From positions 2,304 through 66,303 of the forward strand of contig DASZRG010000033.1 of assembly GCA_035549295.1 (NCBI GenBank): DNA of 64,000 nucleotides, given 5' to 3'. Below the pieces are notes generated by a model. It saw only the letters and a list, made by a program, of their open reading frames with translations, searched no databases and was not told where the DNA came from. The translations under genes and the position numbers were made by a program. This stretch comes from Patescibacteria group bacterium. GTDB lineage: Bacteria; Patescibacteriota; Microgenomatia; Levybacterales; GWA1-39-11. Shown here piece after piece: positions 27,924 to 37,537 of the stretch (position 1 is the stretch's first letter; every line of letters starts with the position of its first letter).

Positions 27924-29192
27924 CTATTTCAGGAGGTCTTGGAAGTGGGATTCGTCTTTGAAGTCTCCTATTATTGCGAGGTTCAGTGGACCTGAAAGAT
28001 ATTTTTTCGCAACTCGCAATACATCCGCATGCGTTACATCATCTATCTTTTTTACTGCCTCATCTGGCGATTCGAGCTTTTTCTCAAGCAGAAGATCTGA
28101 CCCAAAGAAAATAGAGACTGACCTCGTGTCTTCAAGATCTAAAACAAAATGCCCCTTCACAAACTCTTTTGCTTTCTTGACTTCATTAGTCGTTATTTCT
28201 CCATCCTTTTGGACCTTTTGGTACTCTTCGACAACGATCTTTATAGCATCATCTATTCGCTTTGGATCAGCACCGACATACGTCGTCAGATGACCACAGT
28301 CTAGATAATTCTCAGAAGACGTCCTAACATAGTATGCAAGACCGCGCTTCTCTCGAACCTCATGGAAAAGGCGACTGGACATACCGCCACCTAATATTGC
28401 AGACAAAATATTGAGCGGATATCGATCCTCCTCAACAACTGACCCTACAGTTCTCACACCGAGCGCAAAATGAGCTTGATCTGTCTTTTTGTGCTGGATT
28501 TTAACTGCATTTTCAAGCTGACCTTCTATAACAGATAAGAATCCTTCGGTTGTGAAAGACGAAAGTCCGCCGAAATATTTCTCAGCAAGTTTCCCAATAG
28601 CCTTAACATCTACTTTTCCGGCGATAACGAGAACCATATTAGATGCTGAGTAGAATTTGTTCATGTAGTCGATAAAATCTGCTCGCTTGACTGTATTTAT
28701 GACTTCTTTCCGTCCACCTATTTCCCACCCCATCGGCGTATCGCCATACAAAAGCGCCTCATAAACATCACCTATTTTACGGGTCGGAGTATCTTCGTAT
28801 AGATTGATCTCTTCGTTTATAACTCCACGCTCGCGATCAATTTCATCCTGATCAAGCAGTAAATTAGAAATCATGTCAGAGAGAATATCGAGAGATAGCT
28901 CAACTCGATTGGCTGCAGACTTGATGTAGTAACCTGTGTAGTCTTTTCCTGTAAATGCGTTGCTTTCAGCACCTGCTCCATCTATGAGGGACGAAATTTC
29001 CATGGCTGTCTTGCGGTTTTTGGTGCCCTTAAATGCCATATGCTCAAGAAAATGAGAGATACCATTGTTCTCAAAAACTTCATATCGACTTCCCGCTCCA
29101 ACAAGCACCAAAGTAGTTGCCGACTCCATCTCCATAATAGGCGCAACAACAAGATTTAGGCCATTTTTTAGTTTTGAATGAAAGTACTTCAT
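27924..29192 (-). CDS. M16 (pitrilysin/insulinase) family zinc peptidase
   Basis: Inverted zinc motif HxxEH in GISHFLEHMAFKGT with a downstream Glu. Both M16 halves are present. Confidence 0.8.
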   Translation of the reverse strand: MKYFHSKLKNGLNLVVAPIMEMESATTLVLVGAGSRYEVFENNGISHFLEHMAFKGTKNRKTAMEISSLIDGAGAESNAFTGKDYTGYYIKSAANRVELSLDILSDMISNLLLDQDEIDRERGVINEEINLYEDTPTRKIGDVYEALLYGDTPMGWEIGGRKEVINTVKRADFIDYMNKFYSASNMVLVIAGKVDVKAIGKLAEKYFGGLSSFTTEGFLSVIEGQLENAVKIQHKKTDQAHFALGVRTVGSVVEEDRYPLNILSAILGGGMSSRLFHEVREKRGLAYYVRTSSENYLDCGHLTTYVGADPKRIDDAIKIVVEEYQKVQKDGEITTNEVKKAKEFVKGHFVLDLEDTRSVSIFFGSDLLLEKKLESPDEAVKKIDDVTHADVLRVAKKYLSGPLNLAIIGDFKDESHFQDLLK

Positions 29193-29210
29193 ACAGATCC
29201 TTATTATAAA

Positions 29211-29900
29211 TTATTCTTGTGGGTTATTAAACACAACATCTGAATAAGATTCTAAAAAGTGATACATTGCGTTCGCACCATCTTTAATTTCGGGTTCAAA
29301 TTGAGTGAATTCATCCGCGAAATCATCGATCAACGGCTTTAGATGATATTGACCTGCGGTCGTAACACCCTTTGAGTTTCTAGCTCGTCCCAGAATGGAG
29401 TTACGGGAATCAGGTTTCACTCCAAATTCATTGAACGCATTATCTATTTCGGGCTGCGGAATCGCGCGTACACTATCAACAAAAGCTTCTTGATCTGGGG
29501 CTTGAATATGATATGCCTTAAGTACAAAAGACATACCGATAGTTGTTGCATTTTTTTTGTAGACACTATCGTGTCTTTCTGGAGGATAATTTCTATCTAA
29601 CCACTCATCAACACTTTCTAGAAAAACATTGTCACCTTCTGTGCTATAAAAAGCTCCAAATGTTTCCTCTGCTAAATTGGTTGCGTTTATCCACCAATAC
29701 TGTGCGTAATAAGAACCATACTCGTCATCTTCTCTTACTTGATCAATTATTCCCCACATATTCTCAACAGTATCTTTACTAATAAGTGGTGCTGATACTA
29801 AAGCTGATTCATCATCTGGAGAATAATCATTTCTCCATCTTGAATAAGCTGCTCTAGCATCAGGACTAATTCCTTGTAGGTCTTCTGACTCGTTTGCCAT
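29211..29900 (-). CDS. hypothetical protein (229 aa)
   Basis: ORF only. Acidic, Trp/Tyr-rich. Confidence 0.45.
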   Translation of the reverse strand: MANESEDLQGISPDARAAYSRWRNDYSPDDESALVSAPLISKDTVENMWGIIDQVREDDEYGSYYAQYWWINATNLAEETFGAFYSTEGDNVFLESVDEWLDRNYPPERHDSVYKKNATTIGMSFVLKAYHIQAPDQEAFVDSVRAIPQPEIDNAFNEFGVKPDSRNSILGRARNSKGVTTAGQYHLKPLIDDFADEFTQFEPEIKDGANAMYHFLESYSDVVFNNPQE

Positions 29901-29959
29901 AGATGAGCATTTTATAACTTATAGGCTTATTTGGCAAGTTAATTATTCACTTTCGCAAA

Positions 29960-29985
29960 GATTCTTCGCGTACGCTCAGAATGAC
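29960..29985. repeat. gtcatt...gaatc family hairpin (divergent copy)
   Basis: gattcttcgcgtacgctcagaatgac. Shares its termini with the 7645 and 11085 families. Confidence 0.5.
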
Positions 29986-29996
29986 AGTCCCATTCT

Positions 29997-31784
29997 TTAC
30001 ATTTTCTCGACCGTCTCGATGCCAAGTAGCTTGAGGCCGTTTTTTAGAGTAATGCCAACTGCCATAGTAAGATCTAGCCTGAATTGATTTTCTCCAATTT
30101 TGTGCTTTTGATAAAAGAAATTAAATTTCTGCGAAAGCGCGAATAGATACTCCGCAACAAGATTGGGGGACAGTTTTTCAGCAGCAATGCTAACCACTTC
30201 AGGATAATAGGAAATATGTCGCATTAGGTTTGCCTCTTCCGAATTTATGTCATTTTCTGCAATATCTTTTATCTTTTCTCCGGAGTCTTTCACTCCTTTT
30301 CTGAGCACAGACTGTGTCCTAACATAAGTGTACTGTATGTATGGCCCAGATGCGCCCGAAAGTGCGATAGAATCATCAAAATTAAACTCTATATTTCCGC
30401 CAATCGCACTTTTGAGAAGTGCGAATTTTATTGCTGCCATGCCGACTTTTTCGGCCGTTACATCATCCATATCAGGGAATTCTTTTTGGATACGCCCCAC
30501 TGCCTCATCCATAAGCCACTCACCAGTTATGACGTCGCCCGTTCTGCTCGACATTTTTCCTGTTGGAAGACGTACTAGACCATTGGCAATATGTGAAGTT
30601 TTTGCAGCCAGATCAGGATTTATCTGAGAAAGTGCCTTTATAATAACTTTGAAATACTCCGCTTGCTCCTGACCTGTGATGATGATCGATTTGTCATATG
30701 CAAAATCTTTGTATTTAACTCCAGCAAGACCCATGTCTTTTGCTTCGTATGTCGGAAGACCAAGAGAATTTATAAAGACGCGATTGTGAAGACCAAACTT
30801 CTTACCAGGAAAAATGATCGCTCCATCTGACTCCTCAAAAATGCCTTTTTTCAGATATTCACGGACTAGATCGGTTCCGATTTTCTGGACTTCACTTTCA
30901 AAATAATAGTGTTCAAATTTCATTCCGAGCCTTTTGTAAATCGTCTCAAAATATTCAAGGCTCCATGTGCGACCTTTTCTGTAAAGATCCACAATTGATG
31001 GATCTTTTTCGTAAACTGCTTTATTTATCTTGTATATTTCCTGCTTTGTCGCGTCACTTTCTTCAAATTTAGTTGCACCGTTGGCATATGCTTTGCCAAG
31101 AAATTGAGCTTTTATATTTATGGGTGCTGAGTCTACCGGCATTTGATCATGCAAAGCCTGCATACCAAAAATCGCTTTGGCAACATGAAGCCCAACGTCT
31201 CCCTGATAACAAACGCGCTGTACGTCGCCGCCAATTGCCTCGTACATGCGACACAAAGACTCACCAACTATATTTACATATAGATGGCCTATATGAAATT
31301 CTTTAAACGGATTGGGGTCTGTAAACTCGATCATGATCTTCTCTGACTTCAAGAGATCAGTTTTACCGAATTTATCAGCATCAGCCATCACGCCTGCAAT
31401 AATATTTGATAGATATTTTTTACTGAGCGTGAAGTTGATGAAGCCAGGAGGGGCGACGTCGACGCGTTGGAAAGTACCATGGGTATCAGGAGTATCAAGG
31501 GTATCAAGTGAAGACTTGATTTTGTATGCGATGTCGAGTGGCTTCTCATGTAAAACGCCTGCAATTCTCATAGCTACATTCGTATAGTAGTCGCCGTTTT
31601 CACTTTTGTCAGACAATTTGACTTCAGGCACAATTCCTGTAACCCCGAGCCCACCGAGCGCGGCCTCAAGGCTCTTTATGATAACTTCTTTTGCGTCCAT
31701 AGCTTCTAATTTTAAATGCTGGCTGCTTAAATGTAAATGAAGCATGATTTTATAAAGTTTTATCTGCCAAATTACCACTCTCAC
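29997..31784 (-). CDS. argS: arginine--tRNA ligase
   Basis: HIGH motif HIGHLYVNIV. KMSKS-like GKMSSRTG. C-terminal DALR-type anticodon-binding region. The true start may be an internal Met (MLHLH or MDAKEV). Confidence 0.85.
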   Translation of the reverse strand: MRVVIWQIKLYKIMLHLHLSSQHLKLEAMDAKEVIIKSLEAALGGLGVTGIVPEVKLSDKSENGDYYTNVAMRIAGVLHEKPLDIAYKIKSSLDTLDTPDTHGTFQRVDVAPPGFINFTLSKKYLSNIIAGVMADADKFGKTDLLKSEKIMIEFTDPNPFKEFHIGHLYVNIVGESLCRMYEAIGGDVQRVCYQGDVGLHVAKAIFGMQALHDQMPVDSAPINIKAQFLGKAYANGATKFEESDATKQEIYKINKAVYEKDPSIVDLYRKGRTWSLEYFETIYKRLGMKFEHYYFESEVQKIGTDLVREYLKKGIFEESDGAIIFPGKKFGLHNRVFINSLGLPTYEAKDMGLAGVKYKDFAYDKSIIITGQEQAEYFKVIIKALSQINPDLAAKTSHIANGLVRLPTGKMSSRTGDVITGEWLMDEAVGRIQKEFPDMDDVTAEKVGMAAIKFALLKSAIGGNIEFNFDDSIALSGASGPYIQYTYVRTQSVLRKGVKDSGEKIKDIAENDINSEEANLMRHISYYPEVVSIAAEKLSPNLVAEYLFALSQKFNFFYQKHKIGENQFRLDLTMAVGITLKNGLKLLGIETVEKM

Positions 31785-31826
31785 CCCAACCCTCTCTCAA
31801 AGAGAGAGGGAAGATAATGTTTTTAG
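31775..31826. repeat. composite repeat A copy
   Basis: tcaccccaaccctctctc-aa-agagagaggg then aagataatgtttttagcc. Confidence 0.65.
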
Positions 31827-31895
31827 CCTTGGCAGGGTTTGACCTTGCCAGAATTAGCTTCAAAATCAGAGTTTGGCAGGGTTTGACCTTGCCAA
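31827..31895. repeat. orphan REP doublet
   Basis: ccttggcagggtttgaccttgccag, aattagcttcaaaatcagag, tttggcagggtttgaccttgccaa. Same architecture as the RAYT flanks. Confidence 0.85.
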
Positions 31896-31949
31896 AGCGA
31901 AGTACATAAATTTAAACCAAAATTCAAAATTTGCTATATAATTTAAGCA

Positions 31950-32351
31950 ATGAGTGAAGGCGAATCAATTAAACCCGAACAACTACAGGGATCCGTTCAT
32001 GAAGAACCTAGACTTGTTTTGTTTAGGAGGAAAAAAATTCCCGTTCCTTCTGTCGAACCACAAGTTCAAGGTGCACTTAATGGTAATGAAGAATCGATTA
32101 ACCAACTTCTCAAATTTATTGATAAAAGCATACCGGCTCATTCTCCAACAAGAGAAGAAACAAAAGGAAAAATAATTGAAAATTTAGGAAAATTTAATCC
32201 CGACCGCGGAAATAGTAAATTATCCTACAATGAAAAACTTAGAAATTGGATAAGAATGTCTGCTCGTTCTGATGCCTCTAATTACAATGATAAAATGCAA
32301 AGACGAGAAAGAAGAGCTAATCGAGATTCAAATCTCGGAGGAACTGCTTAA
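31950..32351 (+). CDS. hypothetical protein (133 aa)
   Basis: ORF only. Its 3' end overlaps galU convergently. Confidence 0.4.
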   Translation: MSEGESIKPEQLQGSVHEEPRLVLFRRKKIPVPSVEPQVQGALNGNEESINQLLKFIDKSIPAHSPTREETKGKIIENLGKFNPDRGNSKLSYNEKLRNWIRMSARSDASNYNDKMQRRERRANRDSNLGGTA

Positions 32352-33213
32352 ATTCACCACTGATATCAGCATGCTTTAGGGCAAACTCAACGGCTGTCTT
32401 CATATACTCTAGCTTGTTTCCGGTATCGTAGTATTTGCCATTTTCTATTTCTGCCGCGATCACCTTGTGACCTTCCTCGAGCATGAGCTTGAGGGCATCA
32501 TTGTAATATAGCTCTTCACCCTCTTTGAGATTTTCTGATGCGCGATCAAGATAATTGAATATCTCAGGAGTCAGAAGCGTACTGCTGACATTTGCGAGAT
32601 TTGAGGGGGCATTTTCTTTGCCTGGCTTTTCAATGATAACTCCTGCGTCAATAAGCCCTGGTCGTATCTCCTCTCCCCCTGCAAATCCATATCTATCATA
32701 ATCTTCATCCTTTTTGGCTCTGATTGATGAGAGAACCGAACATCCGAATTCTTCATATATATCTATCATTTGCTTGAAGCGTGACTTAGGCTCGGCTGAA
32801 ATAAAGTCATCGCTAAATGTATATATGAAGGGCTCATTTCCGACTATGTGTCGGACATTCAGAAGTGGCGTACCATTTCCATACGGCCCCTTCTGCCTAA
32901 CATATATAAAGTTGGCCATTGTCGAAATTTGCTCGATTTGCTCAAGAAGTGGTCTTTTTTTCTCACCACCCATACGAAGATTCTCGATAAGGTCCAGATT
33001 GGCTGCATCAAAGTGGTCTTCAATCGTCCTTTTGTGGTACCCAGTGACAAGAATGATATCAGTGATACCAGCGTCAACCAATTCCTCTACTATATATTGA
33101 ATAATAGGTTTATCGACAATCGGAAGCATCTCCTTGGGCATAGCCTTGGTCTGCGGAAGAAAACGGGTCCCAAACCCTGCAGCAGGAATAACAGCTTTTC
33201 GAATTTTGCTCAT
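32317..33213 (-). CDS. galU: UTP--glucose-1-phosphate uridylyltransferase
   Basis: N-terminus KAVIPAAGFGTRFLPQTKAMPKEMLPIVDKPIIQYIVEE is near the GalU consensus. Confidence 0.8.
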   Translation of the reverse strand: MSKIRKAVIPAAGFGTRFLPQTKAMPKEMLPIVDKPIIQYIVEELVDAGITDIILVTGYHKRTIEDHFDAANLDLIENLRMGGEKKRPLLEQIEQISTMANFIYVRQKGPYGNGTPLLNVRHIVGNEPFIYTFSDDFISAEPKSRFKQMIDIYEEFGCSVLSSIRAKKDEDYDRYGFAGGEEIRPGLIDAGVIIEKPGKENAPSNLANVSSTLLTPEIFNYLDRASENLKEGEELYYNDALKLMLEEGHKVIAAEIENGKYYDTGNKLEYMKTAVEFALKHADISGEFKQFLRDLNLD

Positions 33214-33300
33214 ATCTTTAGGTAAGAATATTATATTACAAACTTATTGTGAATGCATTAAATCAATTATGACTTTTGTAAGAAATTGCCCTCCTCATAC

Positions 33301-33360
33301 GTCATTCTGAACTCGTTTCAGAATCTCACACTCGAGGTCCTGAAATAAATTCAGGACGAC
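33301..33360. repeat. two adjacent hairpin repeats
   Basis: gtcattctgaactcgtttcagaatctc at 33301-33327 and ctcgaggtcctgaaataaattcaggacgac at 33331-33360. Confidence 0.75.
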
Positions 33361-33390
33361 AAACAAAAAACGATGTGAGCTTTGTTGCAC

Positions 33391-33426
33391 GTGATACTCG
33401 TGATACTTTTGATACTCGTGATACCC
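33391..33426. repeat. GTGATACTC tandem repeat
   Basis: gtgatactc-gtgatactttt-gatactc-gtgataccc. Confidence 0.6.
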
Positions 33427-33478
33427 TTCCATAAGCTATGTATAGACAACTAGGCACGACGTATGGTAAAATCTCTGA

Positions 33479-33652
33479 ATGTTCACGTTTCTAACCGAGG
33501 TCAGATCTGAGCTTGAGAAGGTAACGTGGCCAACCAATCAGGACGTCATAAGGCTTACGTCAATCGTAATTTTGATCTCACTGATAGTTGGAATATACCT
33601 TGGAGGAGCTGATTACTTGTTCACAGAACTCCTTGGAATATTAGTTAAATAA
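33479..33652 (+). CDS. secE: preprotein translocase subunit SecE (57 aa)
   Basis: Small ORF missing from the provided track, immediately upstream of nusG. TEVRSELEKVTWPT followed by a single TM helix is the canonical SecE pattern. Confidence 0.55.
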   Translation: MFTFLTEVRSELEKVTWPTNQDVIRLTSIVILISLIVGIYLGGADYLFTELLGILVK

Positions 33653-33654
33653 AA

Positions 33655-34227
33655 ATGGACGACAATAACGCAAATAACAAAGTAGATACGAATCTTGAAG
33701 GAAAGCGCGGACGATGGTTCATCGTTCACACGTATTCTGGCCATGAAAATAAAGTTGCGAAGACTCTGATGCAAAGAGTTGACGCAATGGGCTTCAAAGA
33801 AAGAATTCTTGACGTACTCGTCCCAACCAAAGAAATAGTAAAAGTACGTGGTGGCAAAAAAGAGACTATCAAAGAGAAGATTTTTGCAGGATACATCTTC
33901 GTCAAAATGATCCTTGATGATGAAGCATGGCTTTTGGTCCGCACAACTCCAGGAGTTACGTCATTTGTAGGAACGCTCAACAAGCCTACACCTGTTCGCG
34001 ACGAAGAGATTGATGCAATCTTGAAATTCACAGAAATGTCAGCACCAGTATTTAAGTCTGCATTCTCAATGGGCGAAGCTGTAAAGATAACTGACGGTCC
34101 ATTCTCAGACTTTTTAGGATCAGTTGAGTCAATTGATGAGGAAAAAGGGAAAGTAAAAGTATTGGTATCTATCTTTGGTCGCGAAACACCGGTTGAACTA
34201 GATTTCTTGCAAGTAAGCAAGATTTAA
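33655..34227 (+). CDS. nusG: transcription termination/antitermination factor NusG
   Basis: NGN domain (RWFIVHTYSGHENKV...FAGYIFVKM) and C-terminal KOW (GEAVKITDGPFSDFLGSVESID). Confidence 0.85.
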   Translation: MDDNNANNKVDTNLEGKRGRWFIVHTYSGHENKVAKTLMQRVDAMGFKERILDVLVPTKEIVKVRGGKKETIKEKIFAGYIFVKMILDDEAWLLVRTTPGVTSFVGTLNKPTPVRDEEIDAILKFTEMSAPVFKSAFSMGEAVKITDGPFSDFLGSVESIDEEKGKVKVLVSIFGRETPVELDFLQVSKI

Positions 34228-34324
34228 GGAAGGAGAGCAGGTGCGGTCTCGCAGAATGCGAGATGAGGCTTTGTCTCAAGCACCGTCGAGAGGAAACGTA
34301 GTTGCCTCTCGAGATGAAAGTATT

Positions 34325-34747
34325 ATGGCTAAGAAAATAAAAACACTTATAAAGTTAAATGTTACGGGAGGATCTGCTACTCCTGCACCACCTGTTGGAA
34401 CAGCACTTGGTCCTCACGGACTTCCTATTATGGATTTCGTTAAAGCATTTAACGACAGAACGGCTGACCAGAAAGGTACAGTTCTTCCAGTTGTTATAAC
34501 GGTCTATGAAGACAGAACATTCTCTTTTATCATCAAAAAACCACCAATTCCTGAGCTTATCAAAAAGGAACTAAAGATAGAAAAAGGTGCTGGCAAACCA
34601 GGTCGTGAAAGTGCTGGAAAAATAACCGACGCACAAGCACGACATGTTGCGGAAATAAAACTTGAGGATTTGAATACAAATGACGTTGACCAGGCAGCAA
34701 AGATAGTAAAAGGTGTCGCGAGAAGTATGGGCATCCAAAGTGAGTAA
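34325..34747 (+). CDS. rplK: 50S ribosomal protein L11
   Basis: Start trimmed to MAKKIK. PAPPVGTALGPHG and other L11 signature blocks. Confidence 0.85.
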   Translation: MAKKIKTLIKLNVTGGSATPAPPVGTALGPHGLPIMDFVKAFNDRTADQKGTVLPVVITVYEDRTFSFIIKKPPIPELIKKELKIEKGAGKPGRESAGKITDAQARHVAEIKLEDLNTNDVDQAAKIVKGVARSMGIQSE

Positions 34748-34823
34748 CTAGATACTAGAGATTAGATATTAGAAAAACAAATTTTCTAGTAACTAGTTTC
34801 TAGTCACTAATATCTATTTTATT

Positions 34824-35684
34824 ATGGGTAAAGTGAAACTAAAAGTCGTAGGAGACGAACAACAAGAGAAAGAACAAGTAGCTGAGCAGAAGAAAAAGCG
34901 AGAAGAAAAAGCTGCGAAAAAGGCGACTGTAAAAGACGTAGGTCTTGGAGGCGGCGAGAGAATCAATGCCATTGGAATTTCAGAGGAAGAAATCGCCAAT
35001 GAGCTCGAACAAAAGCCTGTAACCACTGAGGGCACTGAGAAATCGACGAAAGACAGTGATAAAACAGTGGTTGCAAAGAAAGCTCGCAAAGTTGAGGCAC
35101 GCGTAAAGGGCAAGAAGCACACTGAAAATATGTCACATGTTGCAAAAGCAACCAACTACCCTATTAAAAATGGTGTTGAAATGCTCAGAAAATTCAAACC
35201 AAGCAAGTTTGACGAAACAGTCGAACTCCACATCAATGTAAAAGAAAAAGGAATTTCAGGTCAAGTTGTCCTTCCACATGGAACAGGTAAAAAACTCAGA
35301 ATCAAAATTGCAGATGATGCTATCATTGCAGAAGTTGAAAAAGGGAAAATCGACTTTGACGTACTCGTTGCTGCACCAAGCATGATGCCAAAGCTTGCAA
35401 GGGTCGCAAGAGTTCTTGGACCACGCGGTCTCATGCCAAATCCAAAAAGTGGAACAATAACTGACAACCCACAGCAAGTTATAGACAAGCTTTCAGCTGG
35501 TCAAATAAATTACAAGACAGAAAGCGCTGCTCCTATCATCCACATGAGTGTTGGAAAACTCTCTTTTGATGACAAGAAACTCGAGGAAAATATCAGCGTT
35601 GCTATCACATCAATAGGAACTAATAAAATTGACAACATCACACTCAAGTCCACAATGAGCCCCGGTATTAAGATTACTGTTTAA
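34824..35684 (+). CDS. rplA: 50S ribosomal protein L1 with a ~70-aa Lys/Glu-rich N-terminal extension
   Basis: L1 core from roughly residue 75 (YPIKNGVEMLRKF...VVLPHGTGK...GPRGLMPNPKSGT). The extension is low complexity and highly charged. Confidence 0.85.
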   Translation: MGKVKLKVVGDEQQEKEQVAEQKKKREEKAAKKATVKDVGLGGGERINAIGISEEEIANELEQKPVTTEGTEKSTKDSDKTVVAKKARKVEARVKGKKHTENMSHVAKATNYPIKNGVEMLRKFKPSKFDETVELHINVKEKGISGQVVLPHGTGKKLRIKIADDAIIAEVEKGKIDFDVLVAAPSMMPKLARVARVLGPRGLMPNPKSGTITDNPQQVIDKLSAGQINYKTESAAPIIHMSVGKLSFDDKKLEENISVAITSIGTNKIDNITLKSTMSPGIKITV

Positions 35685-35721
35685 TCACGGCAGTGTCGTC
35701 CGTGATCTAAAAACAGACTCT

Positions 35722-37485
35722 ATGAGAACAGCAGAACAGACTGAAAACCAAGACGATTCAAGACAAAATAGTACCCGTCATTTATTCGAAGCATTTAGAC
35801 ATATTCCAATTAAAGGCCACGCACCTCTCTCCCCTATTAATTCTCTTGTTGCATCCTCTGCCCCTCTGGCAATAGATAATGAACCCACCCAAGACGATTT
35901 AACCCAAGAAAAATTGGACGCTGAATTAAAAGAAGCTAGACGAGTAATGAAAGCTGCCGAACGTGAAGTTCTTAAAGATGAAGCATCACGTAAGTATAGA
36001 ACTAATTTTGTATCTCGAGGCATAAGTCGATGGCTCTATCATAGAGGTCTTGTTGGCATTGCGGAAAGAATTGCACCTGATGAAGCAAGAGGGAGAAGAC
36101 TTGCTGATGCAACTCGAGGGCTTGAAGATGCAGCAGCGCGCGCCAGACGAGGAGTAAAAGATCAAAAATGGGCAGAACCCAGAACTACATTGGATCCAAA
36201 CCCCCAAACTACTCCGAGAACTGATCCTATGCCAACATCTGAGCCAGTTGTGGAAATCAACCCGCAACAAGAACTTAGAGCTGAACTTGAAGGTGTTCTG
36301 GCACAATTACCGCTCGACCCCACACGGACACCTGAACAACAGCAAAAAATTCACAATATAGCAATAGAGGCCGCACTACAAATCGCAGAACTTGAGGACA
36401 AACGCGAGCAAGAAGCCAAAGCTCGGGCAACTGATCCGAAACCAGATGAAAAATCTATTGTGAATAGACCTACTACAAAACCACGAACTTACAATCCTCC
36501 TCCTGTTAGAGAGTATTTAGTGCGATTATCAAGCCCTGAAACTACTCCTGCTCCGGCCAATACCAGCACGCCAAAATTGTCCACAGTTGTCGAGGGATTA
36601 AAAATAGAAACAAGTTACGAAGAAGTAAAAGAACCAGTCAGCGAAACGATTAAACGATGGGATAAAATGGGTATATTTGAACATACAGATCGCGCGGCTC
36701 GACAAAGATTGGCTAATTTTTTAGAAGGAATCAGTATTACCGCTCATGTTACCCTTGAACAGATGCGAGAATTATATGGATTTGATGATCCCAATAATTC
36801 TACTCAATTACGTGCACTTGAAAACTTCGCAACTAAATTTTTTGACCTAATGCATGTTGATGACAAAATAAAACGAAGTCGACTCAACGATCCAAACAAA
36901 CACTCAGCTATTCATGGAATTTCTACTATTTATTCACCTGATTCTTCCGAGATTCACGGCGTGCGTTATAGCGCAAGAAACTATAAATATAACGATCCTG
37001 CGTCAACTCATTTTGACATTCCTGGCCCTAGCCGCCGCGACAGATTTAGAGTAACTTTTTTCCCTCTTCCTTATGCTAGATACAGAGTGGGTGGACATCC
37101 CCTTCCCGCCCTGGACAACTTGAGGCCTCAAGAAGCGCGGTCTATAATGCACGCCAGATTCCCATATAGACAAGCAGAAGTGGAAGATGCAATAAATGAA
37201 GCCAAAAAAACTCTACAAATGCCTCATATTGAAATGAGTTCTTACAGAGACGGACTTCTGACCACAACACTTCGCGGAGAATTAAGCGAAGTTTTGGATG
37301 GACAAAATATTAGACATGATTTGAATATGAGCATGGCAGGATTTCCCGAAGTTAATACTGTTATAACAATTGGAAGCAAACCACAAAGAATAATTTTAGG
37401 ACAAGCACCTGAAGAAGAAATAAAGTCTCCGCTTCAAAAATTGGCTGAAGATTTTGCTGGTCTAAAGAAAATCCACTTATATTAA
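35722..37485 (+). CDS. hypothetical protein (587 aa), Pro/Arg/Thr-rich
   Basis: Long ORF. Sits where rplJ-rplL would normally follow rplA. Confidence 0.5.
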   Translation: MRTAEQTENQDDSRQNSTRHLFEAFRHIPIKGHAPLSPINSLVASSAPLAIDNEPTQDDLTQEKLDAELKEARRVMKAAEREVLKDEASRKYRTNFVSRGISRWLYHRGLVGIAERIAPDEARGRRLADATRGLEDAAARARRGVKDQKWAEPRTTLDPNPQTTPRTDPMPTSEPVVEINPQQELRAELEGVLAQLPLDPTRTPEQQQKIHNIAIEAALQIAELEDKREQEAKARATDPKPDEKSIVNRPTTKPRTYNPPPVREYLVRLSSPETTPAPANTSTPKLSTVVEGLKIETSYEEVKEPVSETIKRWDKMGIFEHTDRAARQRLANFLEGISITAHVTLEQMRELYGFDDPNNSTQLRALENFATKFFDLMHVDDKIKRSRLNDPNKHSAIHGISTIYSPDSSEIHGVRYSARNYKYNDPASTHFDIPGPSRRDRFRVTFFPLPYARYRVGGHPLPALDNLRPQEARSIMHARFPYRQAEVEDAINEAKKTLQMPHIEMSSYRDGLLTTTLRGELSEVLDGQNIRHDLNMSMAGFPEVNTVITIGSKPQRIILGQAPEEEIKSPLQKLAEDFAGLKKIHLY

Positions 37486-37537
37486 TTTTATATATTGACG
37501 GGCCTTTTGAGAAATGATATAAAGTTTCAAACTCTAC

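Noticed and set aside
27771-28293. Plus-strand ORFs of 74 and 126 aa
   Set aside because: The first is made of repeat element A. The second is antisense to the well-supported M16 peptidase gene.
25151-31895. Possible CRISPR array suggested by repeated ~25-bp units with short spacers
   Set aside because: Only two units per locus. The units are imperfect palindromes and the 'spacer' attagcttcaaaactggtgt is identical at all loci. They flank a HUH transposase gene, which identifies a REP/RAYT system, not CRISPR.
34814-35155. 113-aa minus ORF
   Set aside because: Antisense to rplA. The low-complexity Ser/Phe/Cys product comes from the Lys/Glu-rich L1 extension.
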